Source of the DNA: a virus
Lineage: Duplodnaviria > Caudoviricetes
DNA length: 30,791 nucleotides
Virus record (IMG/VR): IMGVR_UViG_3300033076_000014
Location: 1-30,791 of that record
Reading direction: 5' to 3' (one strand)
This document shows, piece by piece, positions 1-9,780 of the stretch. Within the stretch, counting starts at the first letter, position 1. Every line of letters begins with the position of its first letter. The translations under genes and the position numbers were made by a program. The notes under the pieces were generated by a model. That model made no database searches. It was given only the letters and a program-made list of their open reading frames with translations, and had not been told where the DNA came from.

Positions 1-147
1 TTCATCTGCTGGTTGTCCTGTCCATTCTTCCCAAACTTTTTTTGTCACACCAAGGTTGGTCATCCCGCCAGGGTCTTTGGGATGGTTGACATACCCGCCT
101 TCATGTTTCAAAACTTCCGCAAGGCAAGCGTCAAAGTTTGACTTCAT
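1..147 (-). CDS. Endolysin, glycoside hydrolase family 108 (N-terminal part; runs off the window)
   Basis: Manual translation MKSNFDACLAEVLKHEGGYVNHPKDPGGMTNLGVT...; EGGYVNHPxDPGGxTNxG is the GH108 signature; ATGA overlap with the upstream holin-like gene. Confidence 0.9.
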   Translation of the reverse strand, partial: MKSNFDACLAEVLKHEGGYVNHPKDPGGMTNLGVTKKVWEEWTGQPADE

Positions 148-311
148 TTGTCAGGGGTTGCAGCGCCAATCAACCCAACCAATGCAAGACCAGCAGAAAT
201 GATCACATCTTGCATTTGAGGGGCAATCGGGATGCCTGCTGCGGTCAGCAACATCACAATACCACGCCATGTAGATGGCTCTTTTAGACGCTCAAGAATG
301 TATTGCTTCAT
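144..311 (-). CDS. Putative holin (55 aa, two hydrophobic segments)
   Basis: Manual translation MKQYILERLKEPSTWRGIVMLLTAAGIPIAPQMQDVIISAGLALVGLIGAATPDK; SD AAGGAG upstream; directly precedes the endolysin. Confidence 0.7.
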   Translation of the reverse strand: MKQYILERLKEPSTWRGIVMLLTAAGIPIAPQMQDVIISAGLALVGLIGAATPDK

Positions 312-320
312 ATCAACTCC

Positions 321-524
321 TTAGTGTTTACCAAAAAAAAACCCAAGTATTCCCGTTGCGACAGACCACAAGCCAAGGCCAAGCCAGAGTGCGCCCTTAG
401 AACGGTTTGCCATGTCTAGCAACTGTTCCATTTGCTTTTCCATTTTGTCCATCTTCTTGTCCATGTCTTGAACTTTTTGCCAAAGCACCCCGTATTTCAC
501 TGGGTCGATTTCTGGTGCATTCAT
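321..524 (-). CDS. Small coiled-coil protein with C-terminal TM helix (XhlA/holin-like lysis accessory)
   Basis: 67 aa; heptad-like MDKKMDKMEKQMEQL followed by a hydrophobic tail; lies in the lysis cluster. Confidence 0.55.
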   Translation of the reverse strand: MNAPEIDPVKYGVLWQKVQDMDKKMDKMEKQMEQLLDMANRSKGALWLGLGLWSVATGILGFFFGKH

Positions 525-3277
525 TTCTTGCCAGCCTTCAACATATCATTTGGATTGTTAGCACCAGATTGTTTACCAAGTTGCTTTGCTTTCTGCATTT
601 CTTTTTCCATTTTTTTCACAGCTTTGGTTTCGGCTTTTGCGGCTTTTGCGGCTTGAACTTTTGTTCCAAGTTCTCTGCCCATAAAAGCGCCAGCACCAAC
701 AGCTAACGGATTTCCTTCACCCAAAAAGCCACCAACAGCAGCACCAGCAGTAGCACCAATGCCAGGTGCGCCCTTTTCAAGCAATCCAACTCTGCGTTGT
801 TGCAGGGCAGCGCCTTCGTATTTCAAAGCAGGGGTGTATTGCCCAACATAGTTTAAAGCGTGAAACTTTTGCACTTCAGATGGCGGGAAGGTTTCAACAA
901 TCTTTTGACCGACCAAAGAATTCAACACATTGTTGGCTTTCTTTGAACTCCATTCACCCACATTGCTTGCGCCAGCTTTGTAAATCTCACGGGCTAATGC
1001 ACCATCTATTTCAGCCACAGCAGCACGGGCAGAGTCTTGCAACTCTTTAGGAATAGGTGGCATTCCTTCTGGTGCATTGCGAATCCGACCTTCTGCCAAT
1101 TCGTTTAATGTGTCACGAATATGCCTCCATTGGTCTTTGGGCATATTGTTTAACTTTTGAGGAATTTTCTCCAAAGGTGTGGCAGAAGTCAGCACACCAT
1201 TTTTGTCAACTTCGCCAAAAACTTTATCAATCCCTTTTGACTTAAACAAGTTTTTTTCTAACTTGTGAATGTTGTCGCCAAGTTTGTAAAGCGCAGGGTC
1301 AGCAACAGCAGCAATGTCTTGATCAATTGCACCGTTAATATCCCTAATCAAACTTGCTCTGTCTCTGTTCCAAATTTTTGGACTGTTGAAAATCTTTTTA
1401 ACATGGTCGTAAGCAGCAACAGAGCCAGGTGGCAAAATCGTTCCATCTGGCATTTTGAAACCTGTGGTTCTAGCCAAATCAACAAATTCTTTTGCAGATT
1501 CCAACAGATTTGCCTGTCCAGCAGCCTTGAAAGTGGTTATTTCAAGCGGGTCATTTACAAATTTGTCAATATGTGTAGTCTTGATGGTATTGTTGCCAAC
1601 TTTGTTAAAAGCGGAGTTGTAAATCTCTCGCTTGGCTTGATTCAAATACCCTGTGAGGCTTGAACCAGACAAATCTTCAGGGTCTAAACCATGAAACACA
1701 TCATTAATGCGTTGACCACGTTGCTCATCATTGATTAGTGTGCGTGATGCGCCAGTAGCATCAACTCGATCTTCTGCAAATTTAGACAAACCGATTTGTT
1801 CATTGGCAATTTGTTCTTTCATTTTCATGCCAAGTGGGGTCGGCTCTGCCATAGATGCCAAAGCGTGTTCATTACGCAATAAATTGTCATTGCCAGTAAC
1901 CACACCAGGTCGGGGATTAACGCCAGGCAAAACTTCTTGAAACAACTGCGAACGCAATTGCTGTTCGGCTGGTGGCACATCTTTTGGAATCTTGGCAAGT
2001 TTTACTTGAGGAAAGATTTCACTTCCACCACGTTCCTCACCAGTAAATTTGCCCAAATAAGGATTGTCAGTTGCGGCAGCAGCGCCCACACTACCCGCTT
2101 TGCCTTGCATAGCAGCAAAGTCAGCAGCGGCTTGCTCTTTTGTCATTGTCGGTTTGACAATTTGCAACTCGGCAGCGGCTTCACGAATAGGGGCGGTCAC
2201 AGCGCCAGCAGCTTGTTTGGCAACGCCAGCAGCTTGCTTGGCAGCAGGGGCAACTTCTTTGAATGCCTGTGGCAACGCAAACGAAGCGGTTAACGCCATG
2301 TTTTTAACGTCTTGTTCGGGAATGCCTGTTCTTTCAGAAATTTGTTTGGCAGTCAAACCCAATTTCTCAGCCATTTCCTTGACTTTTTCGACCACGGGTT
2401 CAGTCACACCGCCCAAAGGCTTTTGATAGGCTTCGCTGCCCGTGATACCCAAGGCTTTGCCAACTGGTTGGGCAATAGATTGTTCTGCCACTTTGCCGAT
2501 TTCTGCGGCACGTTCAGGCGTGTTGGCAGTTCTTGCCAAGGCTTGAACCCCTGCGCCATACGCAGCAGGCACAATCCCATAAGCCACATCAATTGCGCCA
2601 GCAACCCGTTCGCCCAAATCTCGTTTGGCTTCTTGGTATTTGTTGATGGTCTTGGCAGCAATGCCTGCAATCTTTCTTGATACAGGCTCGTTTGCCGCCA
2701 TGTTTGCTTGTGCTTCGGCAGGGTTAAAACCCGCATAAGAACCACGACCAGCGCCAGCGGTTGAAGGTGTAGGTTGTGCGGTAGGTTGTGCCGCAGGCTT
2801 GCCACCAGACAAAAATGCTTCAAGTTCATCACCAGCGGGTTGGACTGGCTGCGTTTGTTGCACTTGTTGCGTTTGTTGCGTTTGCTGACCTTGCAAAACC
2901 TTGTTCACATACTGTGATGGGTCTTTGGTGATAAAACCACCATATTGAGCCAAAGCCTTGTTCACATCGCCTTTGTTTTGGGCAACCAGTTTCTCAAGAT
3001 AGCCTTTGGCGGCTTGACGGGCTTCTTGCTCATTGAAAGGGTTGAACTCAATACCCTGCTTGTGCAACATCTGCACAGTCTCAGGCATGAATTGATACGG
3101 ACCCATTGCCTTGGTGTCTTTGTTCAAGGCGAATCGGTCTTTGCCACTTTCAACTTTTCGCAAGCTGTCAAGCAGTTGGTCGGTAATCACCGATGGGGCA
3201 GCAGATGTGGCAGCAGGGGCGGCTGGCTTTTTAGCTGTCGCTGTGCCACCTCCCAAGAATTGTTCCAGTTCATCCAT
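521..3277 (-). CDS. Internal virion/ejection protein with N-terminal lytic transglycosylase (SLT) domain
   Basis: 918 aa; SLT motifs VESG, AMGPYQFMPET, ALAQYGG; Ala-rich helical remainder; occupies the P22 gp16-equivalent position. Confidence 0.8.
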   Translation of the reverse strand: MDELEQFLGGGTATAKKPAAPAATSAAPSVITDQLLDSLRKVESGKDRFALNKDTKAMGPYQFMPETVQMLHKQGIEFNPFNEQEARQAAKGYLEKLVAQNKGDVNKALAQYGGFITKDPSQYVNKVLQGQQTQQTQQVQQTQPVQPAGDELEAFLSGGKPAAQPTAQPTPSTAGAGRGSYAGFNPAEAQANMAANEPVSRKIAGIAAKTINKYQEAKRDLGERVAGAIDVAYGIVPAAYGAGVQALARTANTPERAAEIGKVAEQSIAQPVGKALGITGSEAYQKPLGGVTEPVVEKVKEMAEKLGLTAKQISERTGIPEQDVKNMALTASFALPQAFKEVAPAAKQAAGVAKQAAGAVTAPIREAAAELQIVKPTMTKEQAAADFAAMQGKAGSVGAAAATDNPYLGKFTGEERGGSEIFPQVKLAKIPKDVPPAEQQLRSQLFQEVLPGVNPRPGVVTGNDNLLRNEHALASMAEPTPLGMKMKEQIANEQIGLSKFAEDRVDATGASRTLINDEQRGQRINDVFHGLDPEDLSGSSLTGYLNQAKREIYNSAFNKVGNNTIKTTHIDKFVNDPLEITTFKAAGQANLLESAKEFVDLARTTGFKMPDGTILPPGSVAAYDHVKKIFNSPKIWNRDRASLIRDINGAIDQDIAAVADPALYKLGDNIHKLEKNLFKSKGIDKVFGEVDKNGVLTSATPLEKIPQKLNNMPKDQWRHIRDTLNELAEGRIRNAPEGMPPIPKELQDSARAAVAEIDGALAREIYKAGASNVGEWSSKKANNVLNSLVGQKIVETFPPSEVQKFHALNYVGQYTPALKYEGAALQQRRVGLLEKGAPGIGATAGAAVGGFLGEGNPLAVGAGAFMGRELGTKVQAAKAAKAETKAVKKMEKEMQKAKQLGKQSGANNPNDMLKAGKK

Positions 3278-4551
3278 TACAAACTTCCTGTCTCAGATAG
3301 TTTTTTGATGTTCCTGTATTTTGTAAGAAATTCTTGATGCTTGGCAGGGGTCGGGAACAATTCTTTTAGACGTTTTTGCTTTTCAGCAGGGTCCTCAACG
3401 TCACGAATAATGTTCATGGCTTCAAAAATCTTGCTGTCTGCATTGGCATTCCATGCCTGCTTAAACGCATTCATGTTGTTGTCGCCAAAACGGTTCTTGA
3501 ATGCCTCTGCGCCTGTTGCCTGCATATCAATGTTTGTCATGTCGGCTTGCGCTCTACGGGCAATTTTGATCAGGGTTTCAGGTGGCACAGATTCGTCACC
3601 ACTTGCCACACGGGTCAAGTCCATGCCAGCCACGGTGTTGCCGCCTTGACCCAAAGCACGAAGGTTGGAGATTTGCAAGTTTGCCAAGTCTTTAGCCAAC
3701 ATTTTGTAATCTTCACTTGCCACAGCGGTGCGAACCTTGCGCTCAACATCGCCCAACAAACCACCTTTTTCAAAGTACAAATCTTTGGCAATCTTTTGGG
3801 CTTGATTGATGGTTTCCTCAACGTTTCTGCGGTCAGTTGATAGCATTGCCTGCCGACCAACCAAATTGTTACGGTAAGCCTCGCCTGTGGCTTGGTCTTT
3901 GGCTTCTGTGGGTTCAGGAATGTAAGGTTGTGCAGCAGAACGAATTGGATAAGGCACACGCATACCTGGCGCAACTTGTGAGCCAGCAGCAACGGGCGCA
4001 CCTCCAGCACCTCCAACAGCGGGGGCAGCGGCAACGGGTTGTGTGCTTGCCCCAATGCCGCCAAGTGTGGAAGCCTGTGAAGCGGTGTCCATGCCCTGAA
4101 TTAGACGTTGCTTGTAAAAGTTACGCAGACCAGCAGGATTTTGTTCTGCCATTTCCAAATAAGGGGTCAACAACTGTCGTGATTGTTCTTCTGGCACACC
4201 TAGGGCTTTGCCAGTTTGCAAACCACGTTGCATCACCAAATCAGCCAAACGCTTTTTGTCAACAGCGGTGGGGTTTTGCTCGGCAGCAATAATCAACGGG
4301 TCATTGATCATTGAAATCTGACTGTTCGCAATCTTTTGGAATCGGTCTTGATTCAAACCAAGCACATCTTTTTGTGTCTTGATTTGCGCCTGTTGTGTGG
4401 CTTCTTGCTGTTGTTGCAGTTCAAGCGGGTTGATTTGCTCGGCTTGGCGGTATTGTTGTGCGCCCCTAGCCATGTTGACCATTTCAGCCAAGGACATACC
4501 TTGTGCTGGTTTGATGCCTGTTGCAACTGGTGTAACGGTTAAATCTGCCAT
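3277..4551 (-). CDS. DNA ejection/internal virion protein (P22 gp20-equivalent position)
   Basis: 424 aa, Gln/Ala-rich and helical; lies between the gp7-like and SLT-containing genes. Confidence 0.6.
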   Translation of the reverse strand: MADLTVTPVATGIKPAQGMSLAEMVNMARGAQQYRQAEQINPLELQQQQEATQQAQIKTQKDVLGLNQDRFQKIANSQISMINDPLIIAAEQNPTAVDKKRLADLVMQRGLQTGKALGVPEEQSRQLLTPYLEMAEQNPAGLRNFYKQRLIQGMDTASQASTLGGIGASTQPVAAAPAVGGAGGAPVAAGSQVAPGMRVPYPIRSAAQPYIPEPTEAKDQATGEAYRNNLVGRQAMLSTDRRNVEETINQAQKIAKDLYFEKGGLLGDVERKVRTAVASEDYKMLAKDLANLQISNLRALGQGGNTVAGMDLTRVASGDESVPPETLIKIARRAQADMTNIDMQATGAEAFKNRFGDNNMNAFKQAWNANADSKIFEAMNIIRDVEDPAEKQKRLKELFPTPAKHQEFLTKYRNIKKLSETGSL

Positions 4552-4563
4552 GTTGATTCCTTA

Positions 4564-5301
4564 TTAACCGCCTGCGGTAACGTCTTGAACTGGACCCATA
4601 AATTGATTTGATGGGGTCAGATAGTTGTAACCGCCTGCGGCTGGTGTTTGTGGTCGCAGGAATGAATACAACATTGCCGAATTGCCAATTCCTTGCAAGC
4701 CAGCAGCTTGTGCATTTGCTGCGCCAACTTGACCAGCGCCCAAAGCAGAAGCGCCACCGATACCTAACTGGCTCATGGCATTTGCTGCGTTTGTGCCAAG
4801 GGTCGAGGCTTGACCTTGTGCAGTTTGACCAATGCCAGCCAAGTTAGAAAGGCGGTTGTAAATGTCAGTTTGTTGGTTGCGCCAGTTGCTTAAAGCATCT
4901 TGGTATGCGTTTTGTGCATACTTTTCAGCAAACATGGTTCTTGCACGATCAACGTTTGAGCCAGGGCTACCAACGTTCATGGCTTGAGCAGTAGCGCCCA
5001 AACCTTGCTGTTTCATAAACTCATAGTTTGGCGCAAGATTGGCGTTTAAGTCAGCGGCAGTAAATGTTTTGGTGAACTGCGGCAACATGGATTTGATCGT
5101 TCCCAACGATTCGTAGCCAGCCTCACGATAAGGCTTTTGTTGCTCGTTAAGAATGTCAAACATTTCACGCTGTTGACGGGCGGCATCTTGAGTTGCCTGA
5201 TATTGAAGTTGTGAAGCATCTCTAGCTGCGCCAGCTTGATTCTGACTGCCCATGTAGCCCAAAAGGGCTGAACCACCAATTGCAACTCTTACCCATGACA
5301 T
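4564..5301 (-). CDS. DNA transfer/ejection protein (P22 gp7-like)
   Basis: 245 aa, Gly/Ala/Gln-rich with a hydrophobic N-terminus, QKPYREAG and NRLSNLAGIGQ segments; synteny. Confidence 0.7.
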   Translation of the reverse strand: MSWVRVAIGGSALLGYMGSQNQAGAARDASQLQYQATQDAARQQREMFDILNEQQKPYREAGYESLGTIKSMLPQFTKTFTAADLNANLAPNYEFMKQQGLGATAQAMNVGSPGSNVDRARTMFAEKYAQNAYQDALSNWRNQQTDIYNRLSNLAGIGQTAQGQASTLGTNAANAMSQLGIGGASALGAGQVGAANAQAAGLQGIGNSAMLYSFLRPQTPAAGGYNYLTPSNQFMGPVQDVTAGG

Positions 5302-5303
5302 AT

Positions 5304-5762
5304 TTATTCCCCTTCCAATTCTTTCATCTGACTGACAATTTCTTTGAGTTTGTTTGACGAATCAAACAGCGCCAAATCATCAGGCTCAATTAACTCGGCT
5401 TCAATCTCATCCAAGTCTGTTTTATCTGTTCTGTGAACGGTGATTCCAATCGAATCCATCGTTGCCAATGTCACACGCTTTGTGCCAGGCTCAGATTCAA
5501 TAATGTCGCCAGCCTGCAACTTTTTCATACCGTTCTCAGTCCACGCAATTATCTCGCCTTTAGCGCATAAAAAGAAGTGGGGTTCTTTATGAACTTTACC
5601 CACAATCAGCGTTCCAGCGGGGCGAATCAGCTTGCGGCAGTACATTCCAGGTCTAAAGTAATGCTCTGTGACCAATTCAGCCTGCGGCATCTTTGCCATC
5701 TCGGTTTGCAGGCGGTCAATTTGCTCTCGGCTGACCTGTGTTGGCAGTTCTAAATCGTTCAA
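5304..5762 (-). CDS. Cupin-fold phage protein
   Basis: 152 aa; HYFRPGMYCR...GKVHKEPH...AGDIIESEPGTKR beta-barrel pattern. Confidence 0.6.
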   Translation of the reverse strand: MNDLELPTQVSREQIDRLQTEMAKMPQAELVTEHYFRPGMYCRKLIRPAGTLIVGKVHKEPHFFLCAKGEIIAWTENGMKKLQAGDIIESEPGTKRVTLATMDSIGITVHRTDKTDLDEIEAELIEPDDLALFDSSNKLKEIVSQMKELEGE

Positions 5763-6022
5763 AATGTACCCCCACCGATTCCGTTCAAGGCAGTCAAATC
5801 TGTGAATTTACCAGCCGCAGGCGTTGTCAAGCCAATGGTTGAATTGTTGATTTCTGCATTATCTATTGAACCACCATTAACAATCAAAAAATTGACAGTT
5901 TGTGACAATACATTTGGATTCATCAACCACAATAGCCAAGCCTGCGTTGGTCTGCCCGTTGTGGGGTCAAGAAACGCAGAATATGGGATGTTGATATTAC
6001 TGTTTGGGACTGTGGTCGCCAT
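5759..6022 (-). CDS. Short tail protein (tail needle/plug position)
   Basis: 87 aa, immediately downstream of the gp10-like gene as for P22 gp26; DPTTGRPTQAW N-terminal motif. Confidence 0.5.
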   Translation of the reverse strand: MATTVPNSNINIPYSAFLDPTTGRPTQAWLLWLMNPNVLSQTVNFLIVNGGSIDNAEINNSTIGLTTPAAGKFTDLTALNGIGGGTF

Positions 6023-7497
6023 CAGTTATCCCCTGCGCTTGCCTTCAATTCTGCCGAAACAATAACAGCCTTCACGGGGTCGGTAATGACCACTTCAAAA
6101 ATCCTATCCCGTGACCAGCCCAAACGCCTCCACAAAGCACGGTTGGCGTATTGACCGATCTTGCCAATAGTCACCCAATGTTCGTTAGACCAAGTAGAAC
6201 CACCGTCATTTGACCAACGCAACATGGCTTGTGGGTCTTGCCCCTGCCCTGTGGTCAATCCAACGCCAGGTTGAAACTGGATTTGGAAAGATTCAAAGTA
6301 TTGGCGTTGTAAGTCTGTTGTCAGGTGTGGCGCTCTGCGAACTCTGCGAATTGGCGCACCATCCTCTGTGTAGACCTCGTTTTGAATGGTGTAAATCTTG
6401 CCATTTTCAAAGTCGCCAACCACATATTCGTTGTTGAAATAGCAACCACAATTAGAACGGTGGCGGGTATAAACCGCTTTTTCAGCATCCCATGACAACC
6501 ATTTGTGCCATTGTTGAGTTGAACCGTCATAAACCCAAGTCAAACCATATTCACCGATGCTAGGAAATGTGACCACATACATTTCGTGACCTTCGATTTG
6601 GTAGGTGTAAGCCACCGCATCGCTGGTAATTTGATTCATCAAAGATTGTTCAACAGCGTGTGTCGAGAACTTCTGATATTCATAGTTGACCATTGCCTCA
6701 ACTGTGGAATCACCACGGGTGTCTTTGGCAACCAATGCAAAAGAAGTGCCAAAACGTGCCACAGAGAAAGCAGCACCACAACCAGATTGTGTGGTTGTGC
6801 CAGGCACACGCTGAAATGGGAACGAAGTGATACCTTGAATTACGTTGCCCACATCAGTCCAAACCTCGGTGGTCACATCTTTGAGCAAATAGACCTGTCT
6901 GCGGTCAACAATCATGCTCACAATGTTGTCAGGATAGCCGTTTGCAGAGCCATACAAGGCTTGTGTTGATAAACGGGAATCAAGATCAGTACAAGCCCAA
7001 TTAAAAGTCCCAGGCTCGTTATAAATGTTGTACCCATCCACAGAATCAACCACAGTAGCACCCTGCCAAGGTCCATCAGTAGATGGCAAAACGTCAAAAC
7101 TGTTTGTTGATTCAACCCATGTGTAACGGTTTACACCGTCAACAATGTAGGCAACCATTCCCTCATTGGTTTGGTTGTCAGAAATGGACACATATCCTGT
7201 TGTGGTGGTCAATGTTCCAATTTGTGTCGCAGTCCAAGTTTTGTCAATCTTGTAAACCTTGTTATGTGAGACTGTGATGATGTAGTTCTCATTTGACAAG
7301 GTTTTCATGCCACGAACTTCGCCAACTTCAAGTTGGGCAACCTTGACCAAGCCAGGGGTGGGATACATAGCCACCACACCCCGTGTGCCAGGCTGTTTGG
7401 TCGGGTCAATTTCGCAAAAGAAGTTAATGCACTCTTGTGCGTCTTGATAGATTGACGGGGCTTCGTATGAAGCGCCAACAAAACCGAAATCAGGCAT
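6022..7497 (-). CDS. Tail hub / packaged-DNA stabilisation protein (P22 gp10-like)
   Basis: 491 aa, beta-rich; LRWSNDGGSTWS and WRRLG..RDRIFEV..TDPV C-terminal motifs. Confidence 0.85.
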   Translation of the reverse strand: MPDFGFVGASYEAPSIYQDAQECINFFCEIDPTKQPGTRGVVAMYPTPGLVKVAQLEVGEVRGMKTLSNENYIITVSHNKVYKIDKTWTATQIGTLTTTTGYVSISDNQTNEGMVAYIVDGVNRYTWVESTNSFDVLPSTDGPWQGATVVDSVDGYNIYNEPGTFNWACTDLDSRLSTQALYGSANGYPDNIVSMIVDRRQVYLLKDVTTEVWTDVGNVIQGITSFPFQRVPGTTTQSGCGAAFSVARFGTSFALVAKDTRGDSTVEAMVNYEYQKFSTHAVEQSLMNQITSDAVAYTYQIEGHEMYVVTFPSIGEYGLTWVYDGSTQQWHKWLSWDAEKAVYTRHRSNCGCYFNNEYVVGDFENGKIYTIQNEVYTEDGAPIRRVRRAPHLTTDLQRQYFESFQIQFQPGVGLTTGQGQDPQAMLRWSNDGGSTWSNEHWVTIGKIGQYANRALWRRLGWSRDRIFEVVITDPVKAVIVSAELKASAGDN

Positions 7498-8471
7498 TAG
7501 GAGAATCCCCCATCCATAATAAAGCCAGCATCTTTGGCTTTACCCATCATAAGCGAATCAGGGTAGCGTGACACTTGTGGTGGTCGCATATTTGTACGCT
7601 TGACGGTGGATTTGGCTTGGGCAGCTTGGGCGCTGATCATTCCAACCTGAATCTGGTTTACCTTGCCGTACATAGGCATTAGGCGTTCAGCCAAACACCA
7701 GCGCAAAGCCATGTTGTAACCCTGTGGCAACGTGATGGTATCAGTCAGGTTTTGGAACTGACGGAAAATTGTCTGTGTGAACAAATGCAGTTCACCTTGC
7801 GCTGGATTTGGGTAGACATACAACGTGCCAAGCGTTTCAGCAGGCATATAGTAGATCATTTTTGCCCAAGGACCATTCAGTTGCTTGATGCCCAAGGATT
7901 CATATTCCTCAAGGCTCAAAATTGCCAAAGGATAATCCAAATATCCACCAGCAACGCTTGAGCCGCCTTGCATAGTAGCAACACGCACAAAACCAGATTC
8001 AATGGTCAGGGGGCGCTCATAGTAGGCATTGATGGTGGTGCTTGCCACAGTCTGAGACTTGCTGACCGTGTAAGTGCCTCCTTCGTTGACGTTACCGCCA
8101 GCGCCAGTACCAAAACCAACAATGGTTGTGCCTGCTGCAATGCCAGTACCTGTGATGGTCATGCCCATTGTGATTGCGCCAGAAGTCACCGCATTTGCGG
8201 GAACAGTCAGCGTAAATCCTGAGATTGAACCTGTAAAAGTAGCACCAACAGAACCGCCAGGACCAAGTGTGTATTGCACCGTGTTTTGAATGGTCGGGAA
8301 AATGATTTCGGTTTTGTAAAAAACCATCATGTTTTCGTTTGACCATTGAGCAATCATGTCATTGAGCATATCCAGCCCGTCTTGGGCTTCGTCTGCTGTT
8401 GGGGATTCACCAGCGGCAACTGCGCCAATGTCCTTCATCGCACGGGTGATGATGTCAAGAGGTGTAGTCAT
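7497..8471 (-). CDS. Head-tail adaptor (P22 gp4-like) with an inserted Gly/Thr-rich domain
   Basis: N-terminus [39 protein letters not shown] and C-terminal [15 protein letters not shown]. Confidence 0.75.
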   Translation of the reverse strand: MTTPLDIITRAMKDIGAVAAGESPTADEAQDGLDMLNDMIAQWSNENMMVFYKTEIIFPTIQNTVQYTLGPGGSVGATFTGSISGFTLTVPANAVTSGAITMGMTITGTGIAAGTTIVGFGTGAGGNVNEGGTYTVSKSQTVASTTINAYYERPLTIESGFVRVATMQGGSSVAGGYLDYPLAILSLEEYESLGIKQLNGPWAKMIYYMPAETLGTLYVYPNPAQGELHLFTQTIFRQFQNLTDTITLPQGYNMALRWCLAERLMPMYGKVNQIQVGMISAQAAQAKSTVKRTNMRPPQVSRYPDSLMMGKAKDAGFIMDGGFS

Positions 8472-8473
8472 GT

Positions 8474-8734
8474 TTACTCCATCACAAGATTTGAATACTT
8501 GTCGGGTTGATTTTTGTAAGCCTCAATAACATCAGAAGTCCAAACGGACAAACAAACATCTTGAACTCTTTGCTCTTGTTCAGAAACATCTTGACCAGGC
8601 GTTAATGTCCATCTGTGATATGTCACGCTGATTTGTTGATCATCTTCAAAGATTTTTGTTGCTTGGCGCACTTGTACAACGCCATTTTCAATGACTTCAA
8701 TTTTGTCGATGGAAATGTTTTTTGTAAGTGCCAT
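8474..8734 (-). CDS. Small tail-fibre-associated protein (possible chaperone)
   Basis: 86 aa directly downstream of a tail fibre gene. Confidence 0.5.
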   Translation of the reverse strand: MALTKNISIDKIEVIENGVVQVRQATKIFEDDQQISVTYHRWTLTPGQDVSEQEQRVQDVCLSVWTSDVIEAYKNQPDKYSNLVME

Positions 8735-8736
8735 TT

Positions 8737-9771
8737 TTATGTCGCCTTATATGTGCATTGAAAAATCAGGTAGCCAGATGAACCCATTGCGCTAGGTGCA
8801 AAAACTGCCTGATCTTTTGTGCTTCCCATTTGAGTAACAGCAGCCAATGCAGAACCATTTTTGACTTCAATTGCAACTTGTGTATATCCACTTCCCCATG
8901 TCATATTCACGCCAGTTTCAGACACAGCACCACTTGACCAATCATTTGAATTCATAGATGGTGTAAATGGAAAACCGCCAATTTGTGCGTATCCACTACC
9001 ACCCGAATTAGCAGACCAACCAAGTTGACAAGAAACACTAACAAGCGAACCAATTTTGACGTAAGTTCCACGTTGATAGCTGTATGTCACAGTTGGATTA
9101 CTAGATGAGCCAATCAATGTTGGTGTCCAAGTTCCTTCTTCATAATCATCAAGCGTATTGGCATCACTAGAGGCGCTTTGTGTTGCGGGGAATGTGATAC
9201 CAGCACCGCTTGCTGCTGCTGTTGCGCCACCAACGCCAATTGTTGTACCAAATGAAGGTGTTGAAGAAAGAACAACTGACCCCGTGCCTGTTGACGTTGA
9301 CACGCCTGTGCCACCTCGACTTACAGCCAATTGACCTGTCCAACCTAATGTCAACGATGCAGCATTCAACAATGCCGTGCTTGCGCTGCCGCCCAAAGTC
9401 AAAGTCACATTGGTGTCATCAGTCTTTGTAAGAGCCGCTGGCGCTGTCCATTGAGGGGCTGTGCCACTACTAGACAAATAACGACCTGTTGCGCCAATTG
9501 CAAGTTTTGACAATGTTGTTCCACTTGCGTAATACAACATATCACCAGCAGTATATGAAGTTAAACCAGTACCACCAGCGGTGGTCGGAGTAACTTTCCA
9601 ACCAATTACTTGAATAGCGTTTGCATTGTCTTTGTAAAACAATTTGCCATCGGTGATGTTGATAGCAAGTTCCGAACCCAATGTGCTATTGGTTAAATTA
9701 CCAACAGCAGGTGTATTGCTAGCTGTGCTGCTGCTGTAAATTAGGATTGGCGTGTAGCCTGTTTGTGCCAT
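8737..9771 (-). CDS. Tail fibre protein
   Basis: 344 aa, Gly/Thr/Ser-rich; ELAINITDGKLFYKD, GGTG repeats, DANTLDDYEEGTWTP and GTYVKIGSLV motifs typical of fibres. Confidence 0.8.
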   Translation of the reverse strand: MAQTGYTPILIYSSSTASNTPAVGNLTNSTLGSELAINITDGKLFYKDNANAIQVIGWKVTPTTAGGTGLTSYTAGDMLYYASGTTLSKLAIGATGRYLSSSGTAPQWTAPAALTKTDDTNVTLTLGGSASTALLNAASLTLGWTGQLAVSRGGTGVSTSTGTGSVVLSSTPSFGTTIGVGGATAAASGAGITFPATQSASSDANTLDDYEEGTWTPTLIGSSSNPTVTYSYQRGTYVKIGSLVSVSCQLGWSANSGGSGYAQIGGFPFTPSMNSNDWSSGAVSETGVNMTWGSGYTQVAIEVKNGSALAAVTQMGSTKDQAVFAPSAMGSSGYLIFQCTYKAT

Positions 9772-9780
9772 GTCGCTTCC

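Noticed and set aside
333-341. A9 homopolymer as a phase-variation site
   Set aside because: Encodes in-frame Phe codons of a TM tail near the stop; no supporting evidence
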